Positions 63,001 to 64,000 of a DNA stretch of 64,000 nt are shown piece by piece. Under the pieces are notes generated by a model. The model was given only the letters and a program-made list of their open reading frames with translations, was not told the DNA's origin and did not search any database. The DNA is taken from contig JANTFL010000001.1 in the NCBI GenBank assembly GCA_024763455.1, forward strand, positions 26,678-90,677, read 5' to 3'. The translations under genes were made by a program, and so were the position numbers. The stretch is from Sediminispirochaeta sp. Its GTDB lineage: Bacteria; Spirochaetota; Spirochaetia; B11-G9. Numbering within the stretch: the first letter of the stretch is position 1; each line of letters opens with the position of its first letter.

Positions 63001-64000
63001 GGTAAAGACCGTTTTTTGGAAAAATAGCGTAACCGACTTTTTGTGGGACGGGAGCGATACTGCAGGAAATATTGTAAAAGACGGGGTCTATACCTACAGA
63101 GTGAGTGCCGAGGATCAGGCAGGGAACCTCACCAAGAAAGAGATCAAAGGAATTACCGTTGATACCTCTATAACCAAAGTTTTTATTACTGCCAGTGATT
63201 CTTACCTGTCACCCACCGGGAACGGAAAGTATGAGAATTTAACGTTTAGGACCATCGTAACAAATAAAAAAGGGATAGCTTCCTGGTCGTTAATGCTTGT
63301 CAGAGAAGATTCAGGAAAGGTCGAAAAACTTTTCACTGGTGAAAACAGAATCCCCTCTAAGGTTATCTGGGATGGTGTGAACGATGATGGCCGATATTCC
63401 GAGGGTGAATATACTGCCGTATTTAAAGTTGTTTATCTGAAGGGAAATGAACCTGAGGCGCGTTCTTCAAAATTCATTCTCGATATATCTCCTCCCCGTG
63501 CGGATCTAAAACTGTCTCCCATCCCTTTCTCTCCGGATAATGACGGATTGAATGATGAGCTGACACTATCACTGAATGTGAGTGATCTGAGCGGAGTAGA
63601 AGATTGGGAACTGAATATCTACGATCCAGAGAAGAAACCTTTTATAAGTTTTAGTGGAAAGGGGACTCCTGCAGATTCCATTATATGGAACGGTAAGTCG
63701 TCCACCGGAGAACTTGTTTATGCGGCAATGGACTATCCCGTAATCTTTAAGGTAAAAGATATTCTCGGTAACGTTACGGTAAAACAGGATAAAATACCAA
63801 TTGATGTTCTTGTGGTCAAAGAGGGAAACGTACTCAAGATAAAGATCGCAAACATTGTTTTCAAGCGGGACAGTGCTGAACTTGTTGATGACGATCCTGA
63901 AAAAGCCAGGACGAATGAATATGTTCTGAACAGAATCAGTGAAATTCTGAGGAAATACAAGTCTTACCAGATAGTTATTGAAGGACACGCGGTTGTGACA
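60074..64000 (+). CDS. giant OmpA-family envelope protein, partial (3' end beyond window): signal peptide + beta-rich N-domain + 8 FlgD-Ig-like modules + OmpA-like C-terminal domain
   Basis: This ORF is not in the supplied ORF track because it has no stop in the window. Hand translation from the ATG at 60074 gives 1309 sense codons to 64000 in one frame. It has a signal peptide (MKKYKFISIAVVFLGLTTLGSFG/QEN) and eight modules each starting [FL]SPN(N/G)DG.KD and containing W(D/N)G.D..G....DG.Y.Y...A.D.AGN. From ~63830 it reads KIANIVFKRDSAELV...NRISEILRKYKSYQIVIEGHA, the start of an OmpA C-terminal-like domain. Confidence 0.85.
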   Translation, partial: MKKYKFISIAVVFLGLTTLGSFGQENARVKEFYSPLFLSGTWNETEQAAPQSDAVNPASSALYQRTTLDLSYMGIVGDEGTLTGQNGFAFNLGNTIPTRAGVFSWSAHMLKSDYLNFNVPFYFAVSGSFSKDLYPNLLAGLGVKAAYSSLPGYSAAVDLGIIYLSGNFWKFTDTAVGLTLADLGYSTITKGYQQPFTPSAGVSGTLFKTDIFSMKLNSNISSPGLSSVFMSLGGSVDFKNIISLTFGSRMDLRSLLNGNSAGLIPSVGLNFRFNPSLGENSTFLGLSEKGWNKGQVELQSSFAPIADGIWSYGAGANVQLGVLDKDPPEIEIDISGFESQSMNVPAKGHSEKYSSHSKQSKKIVYVDSGKDSIKKNALKSDGAVLTYLSPNNDGIKDDLKLPIKIKDSRYIKGYSLVVTDSEGNLVREIKNKEKRSENQGFMGFFDRLTAVKSGIDVPEELRWDGYNDSGKVVPDGTYYFHVEAWDDNGNVSKTKEYAVVIDTTPPEVTIKEPPEEEKIFSPNNDGSKDTVSFEQNGSVEDTWTGTILDSNGTVVKTFTWLNSEPEKVVWNGLDNNGNMAPDGVYSYAVTSTDRAGNSVEKDFQNIIKNTEETPIALKIDKQFFSPNNDKIMDTIILTPEVSVKTGLRSWSLSVFNAKGDVEKIFSGTDSIPENLIYDGRDNSGIILKEGTYYALLDVQYVNGNNPSAKSPEFTVDVTPPSATVRVSTKVFSPNGDGQKDTVKFFQETSLEEVWTASIYSAEGEVEYDYNWIGTAEPEIEWNGISKDGRLGSDGVYTYQLSAIDRAGNLGKSNIVSFKLDTEKTAVILTTEYNVFSPNNDGSKDEIKIIPQLSVKEGIAAYTMNIYDSSNTSVRVYRGTKSIPEYFLWDGSDGKGVRVPDGVYYAKLDMEYDKGDKPSAVSRNIEVDTAYPQITLATEYVLFSPDGDGKKDSVIISQRSEGSEQWRGEILDAEGNTVKTVFWKNSVTDFLWDGSDTAGNIVKDGVYTYRVSAEDQAGNLTKKEIKGITVDTSITKVFITASDSYLSPTGNGKYENLTFRTIVTNKKGIASWSLMLVREDSGKVEKLFTGENRIPSKVIWDGVNDDGRYSEGEYTAVFKVVYLKGNEPEARSSKFILDISPPRADLKLSPIPFSPDNDGLNDELTLSLNVSDLSGVEDWELNIYDPEKKPFISFSGKGTPADSIIWNGKSSTGELVYAAMDYPVIFKVKDILGNVTVKQDKIPIDVLVVKEGNVLKIKIANIVFKRDSAELVDDDPEKARTNEYVLNRISEILRKYKSYQIVIEGHAVVT
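61235..63850 (+). repeat. eight tandem FlgD-Ig-like coding modules with alternating A/B subtypes (~633 nt super-period)
   Basis: The [FL]SP motif codons start at 61235, 61631, 61943, 62264, 62576, 62897, 63206 and 63527. From the second module the spacings alternate 312/321/312/321/309/321 nt. Conservation is at the protein-motif level, not the DNA level. Confidence 0.75.

Overview
The window is a 64 kb chromosomal segment that is densely coding and mostly housekeeping. It is most consistent with a spirochaete, because it carries periplasmic-flagellum rod genes (flgF, flgG, a single-domain rod-binding FlgJ-like gene), cheX, spoVG and three Maf/DUF115 paralogues. That taxonomic call is an inference from gene content. 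I support about 66 protein genes, 5 tRNAs (none with an encoded CCA), 2 intrinsic terminators and several near-consensus sigma70 promoters. I found no rRNA, CRISPR array, integrase, transposase or prophage. Core blocks are: flgF-flgG-rod-binding-sigma factor; tsaD; argS; rplU-prp-rpmA-obg-nadD-yqeK-LCP-rsfS; cheX; ispE-spoVG-tRNA-rplY-pth-tilS-ftsH; a TPR/Ca-motif protein, HtrA-like lipoprotein and REC-PAS-kinase/NarL pair; lepA; mcsA-mcsB-clpC-rnz; a gldA/F/G-like ABC cluster; tsaC; thiN; aroH-map. The main second-look items are as follows. (1) The largest gene in the window, 60074 to beyond 64000 (at least 1309 codons), is missing from the supplied ORF track because it has no stop in the window. 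It has a signal peptide, a beta-rich N-domain, eight FlgD-Ig-like modules in alternating A/B types and an OmpA-like C-terminus. (2) A tight minus-strand operon at 48395-42064 encodes a ~734 aa hyper-acidic repeat protein, a 306 aa unknown and two Maf-like DUF115 proteins. A third Maf paralogue lies at 28049-29707. (3) A near-consensus sigma54 -24/-12 element sits directly upstream of an RpoS-like sigma factor. (4) At least nine operon heads show a promoter geometry that predicts leaderless mRNAs, including a 65 bp divergent cheX/ispE region with overlapping -35 hexamers. (5) A promoter-equipped 74 aa microprotein has 41 D/E residues and no basic residues. (6) pth has no canonical start codon and lies in frame one stop codon after rplY. 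(7) A Prp protease homologue is present although L27 lacks a propeptide. (8) All six convergent gene junctions overlap or abut. All functional calls rest on motif recognition by eye; no database search was run.
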